From Euglena gracilis (taxonomy: Eukaryota), in NCBI GenBank assembly GCA_039621445.1, contig CP154954.1, positions 39,641,816 to 39,705,815 on the forward strand: DNA of 64,000 bases. Reading direction: 5' to 3'. The position numbers and the translations under genes were made by a program. The notes beneath the pieces were generated by a model, which was not told where the DNA came from, made no database searches, and worked only from the letters and a program-made list of their open reading frames with translations. Positions 35,323 to 47,750 of the stretch are shown here, one piece after another. How positions within the stretch are numbered: position 1 is the stretch's first letter; every line of letters starts with the position of its first letter.

Positions 35323-36268
35323 CAAGCAAATGCTGTTGCATGCTTGGCGACCTTTTGGCGTCCCTTCCATTATTACTTCCGATCTGGGCTCACATTTTGT
35401 CGCCGGTTGGTGGCAGACAATGTGTGCCTTGATGGGAATTAGGCAAGCCTACTCCCAGGCCTACCATCACCAGGCGAATGGTAGGGTGGAGAGGGCTGGC
35501 CAACAAATAATGGAACGGCTTAAGAAAATTCAGGTTGAGGACAAGCTGAATTGGGTCGAAGCCCTCCCCCAAGCACTAGACCGTATTCATGATACGCCGG
35601 GGGAGAGTGGCCTCAGCCCATTTCAAATCTTGTTCGGTCGACACCGTTCATTGGGTGGTTTACCTTATGAACCGTTAAGGGATTGTGAAGATGCCAGATC
35701 ATTTTTCTCTCGGCAAAGAGAAATTGATTTGGTAGTAGCTGGCAAAATGAATAATTTGCATGCCAAGCAATGTGCTCGGGCCAACCGTGGTTTGGACGGT
35801 TGGGAGCCATTGGAGGTGGGGAATCTGGTGTGGTACCTGAGACCCCCCGATAGTGGCACGAAATTGGATTCCCGTTGGTTGGGCCCTTGCAAGGTTACCG
35901 CGAGGGAGGGAATTCATTCCTACCTGATTGAGGTTAAACCGGGCCATATTATGAAGGCCCATCGGAAGGCTTTGAAGGTATATGTGGAGGACCCCACATC
36001 CGATAAGCCTATCCCCCTGTTTTTCCACCGGCGGACGGTACCTGAGGCGGAAGGTGCCCCAGATACCTGGTTAGTGGATAAAATCCTAAACCACAAGTTC
36101 GTTAAGGGAAAAATGTTTTTCTTAACGAAGTGGCAAGGGTTTGAGGAGGCGAATTGGGAACCGGTGGAACATTTTTTCCAGGAGTACAATAGTGACGTAA
36201 TAGCGTATTGCCTGGGAAAAGGGTTGCCGTTAGATGTCTCTAAGGATTTAAAGGCAACGGCAACCTGA
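35323..36268 (+). pseudogene. pol: Integrase core/C-terminus and chromodomain of B
   Basis: FGVPSIITSDLGSHF, HHQANGRVER, LDSRWLGP. Chromodomain WLVDKILNHK...FLTKWQGFEEANWEP. Confidence 0.93.
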
Positions 36269-37559
36269 AAAAGGGGGAAAAGGATTGGTGAAAAAGGGCC
36301 TGGAGTGGTTGCCTGGGGAGGGGGAGGTCCGCTCTATGCCTCTTCACAGATGCAGGTGGACACCATCACAGGGCTGAGGCCCTGGGAAAAATGACGGGAG
36401 TTTCCTCGTCATTGGTTTCATTTTTTTATTTCTCCCCCTGAAGTTTTCATTCACCACTACACCCTGGTTTGGGTGAGGCTGGTGTGGGCAATCGAGGATA
36501 TTTCATTGCCCCTGTTGATTTTTCTGCCATTTTCCATTGAACTCCCGTGAAAGGATTTCAAGGGTGAATGAAGGATTCTCGTGGCTAGGGGGAAACTAGC
36601 CAGGGATCTTATTCTATTTTTTTTAGGTGGGTGTTTTCCAATCAAAGGATCCCACCCCGGAACGGGAAGGGATATTGCCAACAACAACAAAAGCAAAACG
36701 TTGAATGAGTGCATGATTGCCACCTGTTTTGTTTATGTTGTTGTGGGTGGATTCCGGTTTGGAAGTTTCACCAAAAATTCTTAAAGAAGACAAACCACCG
36801 GAAGCACCACCGAGGGTTTGTTCTTTTGACAGCCTCCTCCAAGTATTGGAGGGGGGGGGTAATGACAATGTGGTTTTGGGATTGCCCTGTCGGTTTGGCT
36901 GGGCTAAGCCACATTGGTAAATTTTCAATTGGGGAAAGGAACCCCCACATAACGGTGTGCATGGTTTGCCACCACACTAAGGGGAGGCAAACCGGCACCC
37001 AAGGAAGACGCCGAAGCCCAACACCCCGAACTTCGACGAGGCGTTTGGCTCTAGCAACCATCACCATCCGTTTCGTTCACCTACTCAGGACGGATTATCA
37101 ATTTGAAGTCTGGGACTCTGAATTGGATGAACTGAAGACGGAGTTCAAACTATTTCAAGGAGTTGCTTTCTGGTATCAGTGTACGAGGAGCACGTGGAGT
37201 GAGCACGTGGAGATGGTAATTTTGCCGTTCTACCCATGCCGCTAGCCATCCTGACCTCGACACCACACACTTTTTGTTTGCACCCTTGTCCTGAAAGAGG
37301 AATCTGTGAATTTGTTTCAATTGGGGGGGGGCGACCCAGATTCAAGGCGGTGGGCTTTGAATGGGTGGTTCCACCCTCCTTTCCCTTCCCACGGGTCGGT
37401 GGCACTCGTGGGGGGGGGTCCCTTTCTCCAATCGGTTTGATTGGCTATTTTATCATACCCCCACCTTTGGGCAAGTGAGGCCCGAAACCCCGGTCGGCTT
37501 GATCGGGGGGGGGGGGCTATGTTATTATTTCCCAAAAAAATGAAGTGAGTTGTCTTCTT

Positions 37560-37870
37560 CAACCTCCCCGCCAGGGGGGGGGGCAAGGCAAGCCCTCCCT
37601 TTGCCTGGGGGGGGGGCGGTTGCCCAAGGCTTTCCCCTGGGGGGGGGGCAAGTCAAGCCCACCTCTCGCCAGGGGGGGGGGCAATCATTTCCCCAAGTCT
37701 TTCCCCTCGGGGGGGGCAAGTCAAGCCCTCCTCTCACCGGGGGGGGGCAAGCTTTTCCCCAAGGCCTTCCCCTCGGGGGGGGGGGCTGATTTTCATCTAT
37801 CACTGAAAGGAATTTTGGTGATAATGGACCCTCCATTCCCTTCACGGTTGGGAATACCGTGGGGGGGGGG
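37560..37870. repeat. G-run/C-run tandem repeat in the 3' UTR of B
   Basis: Recurrent CCCC(T/TC)G9-11CAAGTCAAGCCC and CCAG9-10CAA units. Confidence 0.85.
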
Positions 37871-38137
37871 CTGATTTTTATCCATTCAAAAAAGGATTTT
37901 TTTTGAGTGGTGTTGGACCCCCATTTCCCTTCACGGTGGTGAGAACGGTGGGAGGGGCAGGCTCGGTGTGGTTGGAATAGAATCTATGGCCTAATAGATT
38001 CCTCCACACCGTTCCGCCACTTATGCACGATCTCGAATGATGTTATCGCAATTGCGTTGCAAAAATTCAAAGTGTCTTTCATTCCCATCCCAAGGAAAGC
38101 GAGAAGGAGGGGGGGTGAAACCCCCGACTTTCGTCGC

Positions 38138-38148
38138 AAGGGGGGGAG
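38138..38148 (+). promoter_or_regulatory. Polypurine tract of B
   Basis: AAGGGGGGGAG immediately before the 3' LTR. Confidence 0.9.
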
Positions 38149-39236
38149 TGACGACCGTTTGAGGTCGACCGCCGGGCGGCGGAGTTTTTCCCTTTTAGAA
38201 GGCCTTTTGAGGGCGGTTTTGCTCTAATTTTAAGGCTTTCTAAAGATTTCCATTAAAATTCCCTCTCCCAGGGCGCCCATGGTTTGGTTGTGCAAGGAGA
38301 GAGATTGAGTGATGCTAGGTATTCCCAAAGGGTGATTTTGGGTTTTTAGCACAATTTAAGCTTTTTATGCATTTCTCCTTTGGTTTTGAGGGAAAATGTT
38401 GGATTTAGTGAGAGCGCTTGCAAGCGCTTGGAACAGAATTTTAAGAGATTGGCGCCTGAGTTCCTGGAGTTTTTGCAGGGGTTTGCAAAGCTCAATAATG
38501 ATGGAATTCAGCATAATTTATCAAAATCAAGGAGGGAAACCTTGATTTTGACTTTGGTTGGTTGATTTTGGTGCAATGGGCAAGAATTTGGGATTTGAAA
38601 GCGCTTAGGAATCAGCGCACTCAATCCTAAATTTAACTGCCCATCAAGGGCATCAAAATCATTTTCTTTTCACAGGGTTTTCCTCTTTACCTTTTACACC
38701 ATTGTACTTGTTGTGGGCAAATACATCCAATTACAATCAAGAATTGAGTTTGGAATTTAAATTGCAATGGAAGATCAACAAAATCAATCATTTGAAGAAG
38801 GAGAGGTTTGTCTTCCCCCCACCTCATCTGTGGGAAAAGGGGCAGGGGGGTGGGTCTCTTCAACTCAGGCAACCACAGGCCATTTTTCACCCCAAAACCC
38901 CCTTTTTGGCCCAGAAACTGTGAGAAATGACACCCAGGGGGGGGTGTTGGCTCTCACTGGTTCAGCTGAGCAGGGAGGGGTTGAAACCCCAAAGGCACCC
39001 CCCTTGGAGATCCCAGTGACACCCCCCTCAGGGGTCGGGGAGGGTCCACTGGGAAGTTCCTCCTTGGAAATGATGGCCCAGTTTCGGCCACAGGGGGGGC
39101 CAGAATGGGAAAAAATTTCCGACACAAGTCGGCTCGAGGAGCCAAAAAACGATCCTACGCCGGAAACTGGCCCGGGGCGGGGGTTTCCGCTTCACCCCAG
39201 CGCTGCCGGGGGACACGGCAGCACGGGTGTCAAACA
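38149..39236 (+). repeat. 3' LTR of B (1088 bp)
   Basis: TGACGACC...GTGTCAAACA, followed by the TSD. Confidence 0.97.
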
Positions 39237-41103
39237 GGTGTTGACGGATCATGAGAGCCTTCAACACTGGTATACCGAGGACCTGAACAAGGCCATGTCA
39301 TCAGTTGGCAGACGATGCCGATGGCATGAGTTCTTGAGCCAGTTTAACCTGGTGGTAGTTTATACCCCAGGTCATACGCAAAAAGTGGCGGATCCTCTCA
39401 GCCGAGCCCCCTGGTATTATCCTGGGGACCCGGATGAGGGTGATGCGACTATTCATGGCAGCCATGGGGCTGACCAGTTCGCACGTCGATCCGACGCTGT
39501 GGACAACATGCTCGATTCACTACCCGTTTCCCGGGTGTATCGCAGCATTGCCATTTCACCATTGCGTGGAAGGCGCCGGCGTGGACGCACTGCCGGACCT
39601 CGTCGCATTACGCGTACGGAAACTCCTACCCCCCTGTTTTTCCGCGAATGGGATTATTCGCGTGACCCTGTGTATAGTACCATTGTGAATAGACTCCGTA
39701 ATGGTGAGTCCATAGAGAATTACTCTCTAGCACCATTGCGACTTTTTTTCCGGAATGATTCTGGTTATAAATATTGTATACCCCAAGACCTGGTTGATGA
39801 TGTGATTTTGAGCTATCACAACCATGGTCACCCTGGGGCCCCCAAACTTCTTTCACTGGTGGGTCGCAGATATTGCACAACCCTGAGTGAAAAAGATTTA
39901 TATTCGCGCTGTTTGCAAATTTCGCAGCGGTGCCCAATTTGTCAGGCTGTGAAACCGCGCACAGGTACCCCCCCTGGTACGATGGACTTTTTCCCCGTAC
40001 CACCGGACATTTTTACGTCCCTCTGCATGGATTTTCTCGAACTCGAACCTTGCAAAGGATCAGATGACAAAATTTACGATTACGTTTTCGTTGTCGTCTG
40101 TCGGCTGAGTGGTACATAGTAGCAATTCCATGCCGGAAAGCAGGGTTGACAGCCCAAATTTTGGCATCCATATTCCTGGAGAAATGTATCTGCTTAATGC
40201 GTTTACCGAACGAAATCGTGAGTGATCAAGATCACTTGATCTCTTCGCGGTTTTTCACAACTTTGTGCGGTTTACTCGGTATTGAGCAGCATGTTTCCAT
40301 TATATACCGCCCGAAAGGCAACGGTGGAGCTGAGGCAGCCGTGAAATCCGTTGTCAATATGCTACGCCTTTCACTGGCTGACTCGGGTAAGAATTCGATA
40401 CCCATTCTTCATTGGTGTTTATTTTAAATCAATACCTTGCCAGGGTTGGTATTACCACACTCACCGTATAAAATTGTTTTCGGACGAGACCCTCCGGCCA
40501 TAGGGGATATCCCCTCGGAGAGACCCGCCCAAAGTAGTGTCAGCTGTGAAACGTGGTTTGCAGAAGTGGAATCAACTCCGCTCTGAAGTTCAATCACGTA
40601 TCACAGAAATTCATTCCAACAAACGGAAATCGTTTTTACAAAATTTCAACACACCTGTGTATAGTCCAGGTGACCGCGTGTGGGTACGGAATAACTGCAC
40701 CCGCATGCAATCTTCCAAGCTAGACCCTCTTTGGCTCGGCCCATGCGAAATTTTGGAGAGGTTAGGTAGTAGCGGGCGATATAAAGTTGCATTGCCCAAC
40801 GGGATTGAGGACGTCCATATGGACGATTTCAAACCATACCTAAACCCCCCTGACGGAAAAGCTATCCCCTGCTTATATTTCAAGCCCCGTTCCAGATTAC
40901 CTGAAACGGACGACTTTGTGGTTGATAATATAATAGACCACAAGGTCGACAGGGGTGTGCACTACTAGAAAGTTCGCTGGAAAGGGTATGGGCCAGAGGA
41001 GGACACCTGGGAGCCAGCATCAAGTTTTGTTGGATACGTCCAACAGGATTGGAAGCTGTGGAACAAGCGCAATAACATAGACATAAACATAAACACTTTC
41101 TGA
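39237..41103 (+). pseudogene. pol: pol of A, 3' part: RNase H end, integrase, chromodomain
   Basis: LTDHESL, VADPLSR, HNHGH..CPIC, IVSDQD, KGNGGAE. Chromodomain FVVDNIIDHK..Y*KVRWKGYGPEEDTWEP. Several stops and frameshifts. Confidence 0.93.
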
Positions 41104-41295
41104 AACGATTTCGTTTTGGAGAATGTGTGTGTTTTATGTGAATTTTTCGCGTTTATACCCCCCCCTGCACTGCATCTTCTGTCTTTCTCACAGAGTTTTT
41201 GATAAGGATAGAAGCATCTCCTTTTTCAGTGCCTAGCACTCAAAGCGACTGACAACAAGGTTATCCTTCGTTGTCGTCGTCGTTCGGGTAGCATC

Positions 41296-44200
41296 ATGCT
41301 GCCTTGACGCGGACCAGGACCAGGTCCAATATGGCCGCAGCCTCCGGGCGCGCCATACCCCCAGTACCCTCAGTATGGTGAGGTCCCGATTCCGGGTGCC
41401 CCACATGCTGAAAGGGTTCCAGCCCCCGTATTCGCCGCGGCTACCAGCAGCCGGTCCGCATATGCGGTACCAGATCCATCAGCCGTCCATCAGCCGGCAC
41501 CCCAGCCACCAGTGCAGCGCAGATTGCGGCTGCCCCCGTATGCGGGAGAGATGATCTTCCGCACTACGGAGACGTTGGAGCGGGCGATGCGTATGTGCGC
41601 ACACCCTCCAACGGAGCCCTTTATGCAAGCCCTTTGGGATGCATACTGCGCTCAGTTGTTGGTGGTAGCCAACACCCCTGTGGCTCATTGGTGTCCCTGT
41701 GGTCAGGCCCTGATGACAGGGAGACGGTGTTTCTCGTCGGCATTCGATTCCGATTCGAGCCTGGCGAGACCATGATGGACCTGGGCGTGTATGTGCCGCC
41801 CATGCTGCAAACGCAGACGCCGGTGGGATCCCACACCGTGCACATGCGTGAGCACACGCCCCCACCGGTAGGTGAGGCTGTGCATGTCCCACCTGGGATG
41901 ACGAGAATATTTGCTCGCCCGCCCTCGCCGCAGCGAATGCCGCCGCACGTGCCGCCAGCGGAGCAATTTGCCCCGCAGTACGCGACGCACGCGGACTACC
42001 CACGTGGCGCACGCGTGCTCCCATCCGGACAGTCGGACGTGCCCCCTGAGGCATACGTCCAACACATGTTCACGCACTGGATGCCAGAGGCATCACCGGT
42101 CGCCCCTGCCCCTGGAGTTGAGCCACGGCGGCAGGTGGAGCCCATAGTGGTGGAGGATGAACCTCCCCACCGTGTGGCAACCCGACCGCCCAGTGCACCT
42201 CCTGTCCAAACCGGGGATGTCCCGCGTCGGCAGGAGGCTCCCTACTACCACATGACACCTCCGGGAACCGAGCAGGATGAACTTGCTCGGCATTTCCTGC
42301 AGGAGCCAGTATTCGCGTCTGAAGAGCACCGGGCGAGGTATTATTCCTGGCTGGCTGCCCTTCAGGGCCGTGGATACACCCCATACCATCCGTACAAACC
42401 GCAGCTGCGGGTGGCAACCCCGGTATTACCCGGTGAGCCCCCGGCAGGAGCGGCAGGATTACCTGCCACCCTGAAGCGCTATAGGGCTACGGAGGACCTT
42501 ACCCCACAGCCCAGGCGACCCACCCCAGGGGACGCGGAAGGCGGTATGGCAATGCAGGTGGAAGCCAGCCAGGATACCCTGGCTAGACAACCAGCGGCAG
42601 AGGCACAGGCAGCAATGAGCCGTCCTGTTGCCGCAATGCCACCGCCGATCCCTCCGGTATGGAAGGAGCCGCGACCCACTACGCCGAAACCAAGCCCACG
42701 CCAGGCTCCTAGCCAGCGCCCAGCCACGCCATCACCGCGACGTGCAGCGGAACGGCAAGGCCCCTCCCCAGAGAAGGAATGGGAAGGTACCGAACCGACT
42801 GCTGCCGCACCGAGCGCCCGACCTGCTGGTATTCACCAGACGGGGAAGGACAAAGGTAAGGCTGAGGGCAAAGGCAAGGGAGAAGGCAAAGGTGTGGCCG
42901 GCAAAGGCAAAGGTGAGGGCAAGGGTAAGGGTACAGCCCGTGAGGAGGAGGAAGAACCAGCAGAAGTCCTCTCGGACTTTGAGCATATGCTCAGGTTCAA
43001 GGAGGAGCTGGAAGACGAAGGCTGGCGAATGCAGCATGATTACCATGTTGCAGGAAACCGCCCCGTCACTCCTCCAGAGACAGTCATCGATGTGGTATTA
43101 CACCACAGCGAGAACAGAGTCAGACTATTCCATTACGGAATAGATCTGTACGCCTTCGAAGGTGAAGGTGCAGACCTTTGCTGGATGCCCAGCCGGGCTT
43201 TTGGGAGCTATGGTTTTGGCTGGGATACCCCTGCCAGAACTGGGGTCTCTTCAGCGACTCCACTGGTCGCAGTTATCTGCACCAGTTGGGACTGGCATTC
43301 CGGGACCAGCAGGTGTTGGCCCGGATGCTGAAGGCCTACCTCGAATGTATCCATTCAGTAGGACCCCTCGGAGTCCAGTGGAGATACTTTCCGCTGCACC
43401 CCGAAGTAGGACGCCTGATTGAGGTGTTGTGGTGCAACATCCTCCAGGTGCGGCTGGTGAGCCATTACGGCTCAACCTTCCGCGTTCAGCGCGTTTCCCT
43501 GGCTTACCCACAGAGGTATGACCTCTGTTGTAAGTATTGCCTGCAGTAATTTCCTGTCGACTTCTGGGGATTCGGCTTGCGTGGAAGCCTTCCACCGCCT
43601 CGGGATAACCCGGGCCTGGGGATGGGACGCCGCATGCTTATGCATGTGTGCCGCGACGCCCCGGATGTCCAGGGCAGAAGTCGCCGCGTCCACAAGCAGC
43701 GTATTTTTATGCTGCAGCAGTTCTGGTGGCGAGCCTGGACCACCTACGTCATGGACGTGTATATACGTCTCCGTGACCCCCAGGACGATGGACCTGGTAT
43801 GGAAAGTCTGCCACCAGACTACGGCGACCCCGTTGAGGGACCTCGTCGTCGTCGGGTCATCGCCGACCTGCGCCCCAACTGGCACCTGGCCGGTATCGAC
43901 CTGGAAGAACATTTGAGGCGACAGTTTGGCGGTACCCTCGACTGGGAGGTATTCCTCCAGCTGATGAATTACCCGAAGGCCATCCTCGACCTGGGTATGC
44001 CGTTTTTGGCATGCGTGCAGGAGTTCGAGGAAGGGTTTTTCGAGGTCTGGGAAGACACGCGTTACCGCGGATTCCTGGGCCCGAACAGGCCTGCCAACGC
44101 CTGGGTGCAGCCATCATGGCCACCACCCTGGCCCAACCGCCCCAGCAGCAGCACGCTGGCCTTTTACAGGCTGGCGGATGCTCAAGGATGCCGATGGCAC

Positions 44201-46620
44201 CCCGACGATCCTCGTTCACTCGAGGATCTGCGCGCCTTCATCGCCCCGGAGGATGAACCTCTGGCGCGAAGGAGACGTGAGGCGTCCGTCGCTTCCACCA
44301 CCGCGATTCCGCGGCGGGAGGAACGCGAACGCAGCCCCTCCGTCACCATTCTGGAGGCAGCGCCGCCATCTCCGACAGGAACGGCAGTGTCCTTCGTCTC
44401 TGCCCCGCGAGTGGCAGGGGAACGATCAGTTTCCCCGGCCCCTGCGACGGCTCCCGTCTGTCCACCGACAGGTGGAGACGAGGAACTCCCCCAGGAGGAA
44501 GGCGAGAACGTCGAGGATATCCTCTACGCTGCTCTGCCTACTCCGGCACAGCCTCGGCCAGACGAAGCACCCATGGGGGATACACCTATGGCTGCAGCGC
44601 CTGTGTCGACGGCTGAGCCTGAAGCCGTGGTGACTGGTGTGGTCGTCGAGGATATCCCCGAGGAACCCGCCAGCCCCACAGCACGAACCTCATTAGGAGG
44701 CCGTGTACTCGGCGCCGTGGTCACTGGCATTACTGCCGTGGCTGCTGCACTAACGCCACGAGGTGGAGGCGTAGCATCAAGCTCCGCCGCCGAGGTCGTG
44801 GAGACACCAGATGTCGGTGTCCCCGCACCCCCATCTCCGGCACCAGTGCAACCACCATCAGGAGATGAACGCCAGCCGACAGAGCCATCTGTCGTAACGG
44901 CTACAACGGAGGATCAACCTCCAGTAGCACCTGCGCCAGCGGTTGTGGAGGATCAACCTCCTCGGCCAGACGTCGAAATGGAAGTGGAGGAAATACCCCC
45001 ACGACCACCGACACCGCGCAGACCCTCTGACACCCCGACGACAATGGGAGAGTTTCCGGGAGTGTCAGGGCCTGTGGAAGCACCGGTTCCGGTGACAACC
45101 ACAGTCCCACGCCCCCGCGGGAAGGATGAACCTGCTCGACGGACGCCGGCTGAACAACCCCAGGAACGCGTACCAACGCCTCGGAGCGTCATGCGCGATC
45201 CAGCGGTCATGATGCCCGCTTCGCCCTGACGACAATCGTCTGCTCCAGCGAAACCTGCTCCTGATACCAGGAGTAAGCCGCAGCCATCGCCTCCTGATTC
45301 CGGGAGTGCGAAGCCGAAAGGAGGCAAGCCGGGTGCTGCACCCTGTAAGCCCCCTGTCCAAGGCGGTGATGGGAAACCACCACCGAAAGGTGGCGCTGGA
45401 GGCCAGACCGGCGGACAGCCAAAAGGCCCTACGACATTGCACGACTATTCGGCCGTGCCATCGTCCGGGTACGGCCAGAGCAAACCGAAAGGTAAGGCTC
45501 GTGGTCGACAGACCCAATCTTCCGCCGGTTCGACGGATGAGGAGCAGGATGAACCTGCTTCACCTCCCGTGTCTGCGGATGCCCAGCTCTGGGCTCAGGA
45601 TATCCTGACCAGCCTAGGCACCGTGGAACAAAGGACGAGGAAGCTGGCTGCTATTCGGCACCAGAAATGGTCACTGAATCGATGGATTTAGCCCCTCTTC
45701 GTCCGAGGAGAACCTTTCCACTATGTCCCGGAACACACCTGGACATTTTGGAACAGGCGCTCACCCCAAGCACTGGCAAAGTACTTCGGTGAGGACTGCG
45801 TGTTGGATTTCCAGCACGGCACGTCCTTTGCCTGGACGTGCACCGTGTGCCACCATGTGCGGCACAACCAGCCACTTGTGCATGTGTGCAAGCGGCAGGT
45901 GCAATCCACGACGTTCCATCACAGGGCATTTGTGCCGAACTGTGTGGCGCTCGTATGTGGCGAGTGCCACACAGCGACTTCCGAAAGGTAGAAAGCTACC
46001 GCCACACGGGAATGGCCCGTGAGTTCCAGATCGACGCTGGGGCAATGCGCCTCGCCGTCGAGGAACACGCCAGGGTAAGAGTGCCTTACCTCTGGACTGA
46101 TGGCGACTGGGATACACAGGTTTACCCCCTGTTCTTCAAGCGTCAGCATGGCGGATACGCCTTGCCACTTTGGCCTCCTGAAGAACACGATTTGGTGGAC
46201 TTCAGAGGTTGGTTGGCGGCTGTATTACGGCCCCATACCGCAAGAGCTCGGACAGCGAGGTGGGCGTATGACGTCAACTTCAAGCAGACCCCGGGGATGC
46301 CCCCGCAGGTGCCTGCGAATCACCCCCGGATGAATTACATCATCTGGCCGGTGATGCTGCCCAGAATTTTCTGGGAGCACCTCCAACGGTACCTTCAGCA
46401 TCATGCTGACCGTACCAGGGAGAAGCTGCCGGACAGTTGGATCAAGGAATGGGAGACCCCTTCCTTTGATGCCAACGATCCGGAGCTCAACATCATTCGG
46501 AGTGAATCAGCTCCACCACGTTCCCCACGCCAACTGGAGTTGGTCGAGGACCCATTAGGGGACCCTCAACACGACTACTGGCGTGAGGTACGCGAACGCC
46601 CAGCCAATAGAGGCAGGTGA
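41296..46620 (+). pseudogene. Large extra ORF of unknown function between the integrase and 3' LTR of A
   Basis: Same-strand ORF pieces 41512..41775, 41595..43331, 43577..45229, 45437..45691 and 45838..46620 tile the region. Pro/Glu-rich linkers separate Trp/Tyr/His-rich blocks. Confidence 0.65.
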
Positions 46621-47430
46621 GGTGTCTGTCAGCGCCAATGCGGCGTCTTTCAGAACCCTCGTCAGGTATTCGCCTGAACCCTTGTTCGGGTATTCGCCCG
46701 AGCAACCCTTCGAAGACCCTTTGCGGTATTCGCCGCTAGTAAGTTCCCACCGGGATGCTGCCATGTGCAGGATTCCGTGCGCATGCATGCACATCCCCCT
46801 CCCCTCTCCCCTCTCGCGGGCTTGCGACACGCAGCGCACAGGGCCGAAGGCCTCTTTTCTTTCCTTTCCCTTTTTCTTTTTGGCCGTTTGAGGCCTTCAG
46901 GCTGCCAGGCAGCACCTTTTCTGGCCTAAGCCAACCCCCCACTCCTCTCTACTTTCCCCCCGGGACAAATGCTGTCGCCGGCAGTTGGTTTTGTAGAGTA
47001 GGACTTTTCTTTTGCGTGGTCAGGTTTGACTGGCCATGCGCCCTGCCCAGTTTTGACTGGTCAGAGGCCCCCTCCTTCCACACCCTCCCCATGGGTATTC
47101 CCGGAATGCCCATGGACCAACCCCAAGTGCCTTTAGCACACCCAAACTGGGTGGATGGGTTTGCTTGGCAAGGAAACCTGCCAGCCCCATTTTCACCAGT
47201 GGGCTATAGTATACTATACACCCATAAGCCACCGCAAAGTAGGTGAAACCATTTTGCTCGTTTTGGGCTTTTGGGTCCCCCTCCTTTCCGCCCCCCTTTT
47301 TGAGTGGACCCCTGTGCGACGGAAAGGGCCCCTGTGGATGCGCCAGGGTGCACCTCCCACAGACCAGGTCTGTGTCCGAAAGGCCTGTGGCCAGAATGCC
47401 TGGTCCAAAGAGGAAATCGGGCATAGCCCT

Positions 47431-47440
47431 GGGAGGGGGA
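47431..47440 (+). promoter_or_regulatory. Polypurine tract of A
   Basis: GGGAGGGGGA immediately before the TG of the 3' LTR. Confidence 0.85.
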
Positions 47441-47750
47441 TGTGTACCAGGCGTATGCTTCTGTCCCCTTCCGTTGAGGAAGTTAGGATGGAAGCAGATC
47501 CTATTAGGATTTCCTAATGGGTGCCCCTTCTCTCTCCACAGGTGGTATTCTTTATTCTGTTTGTCTTCCTTTTCTCCAGACCGGACTTGGATATCCAGTC
47601 CGTCCTCCCTGCATTGCTCTGTGCTTTGCTTCTTGGGAAGTGGGAAAAGGGTTTTCTGTTACTCTGATTTTCAGTTCCCAAGTAAGTGCGCCAAGGCGAA
47701 AGCGAAGGCTTTTGGGAATTGGGAAAGGGCAATTGGGAATCAGACGTACA
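47441..47750 (+). repeat. 3' LTR of A (310 bp)
   Basis: TGTGTAC...GACGTACA, after which the satellite resumes. Confidence 0.88.

Larger units (their letters stand above)
26229..39236 (+). mobile_element. Full-length Ty3/gypsy chromovirus-type element, family B, nested in the RNase H of A, with an internal inversion
   Basis: TG...CA termini. TSD GGTG at 26225-26228 and 39237-39240. Removing the element restores LVQILV-LTDHESLQHW, matching the uninterrupted A' copy. Confidence 0.97.
18411..47750 (+). mobile_element. Full-length Ty3/gypsy chromovirus-type element, family A (~16.3 kb without nested B), inserted in the satellite
   Basis: Both LTRs end GGGAATCAGACGTACA. PBS follows the 5' LTR and a PPT precedes the 3' LTR. 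Order is gag-PR-MT-RT-RH-INT-chromodomain, plus an extra 3' ORF. 5' start approximate. Confidence 0.9.
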
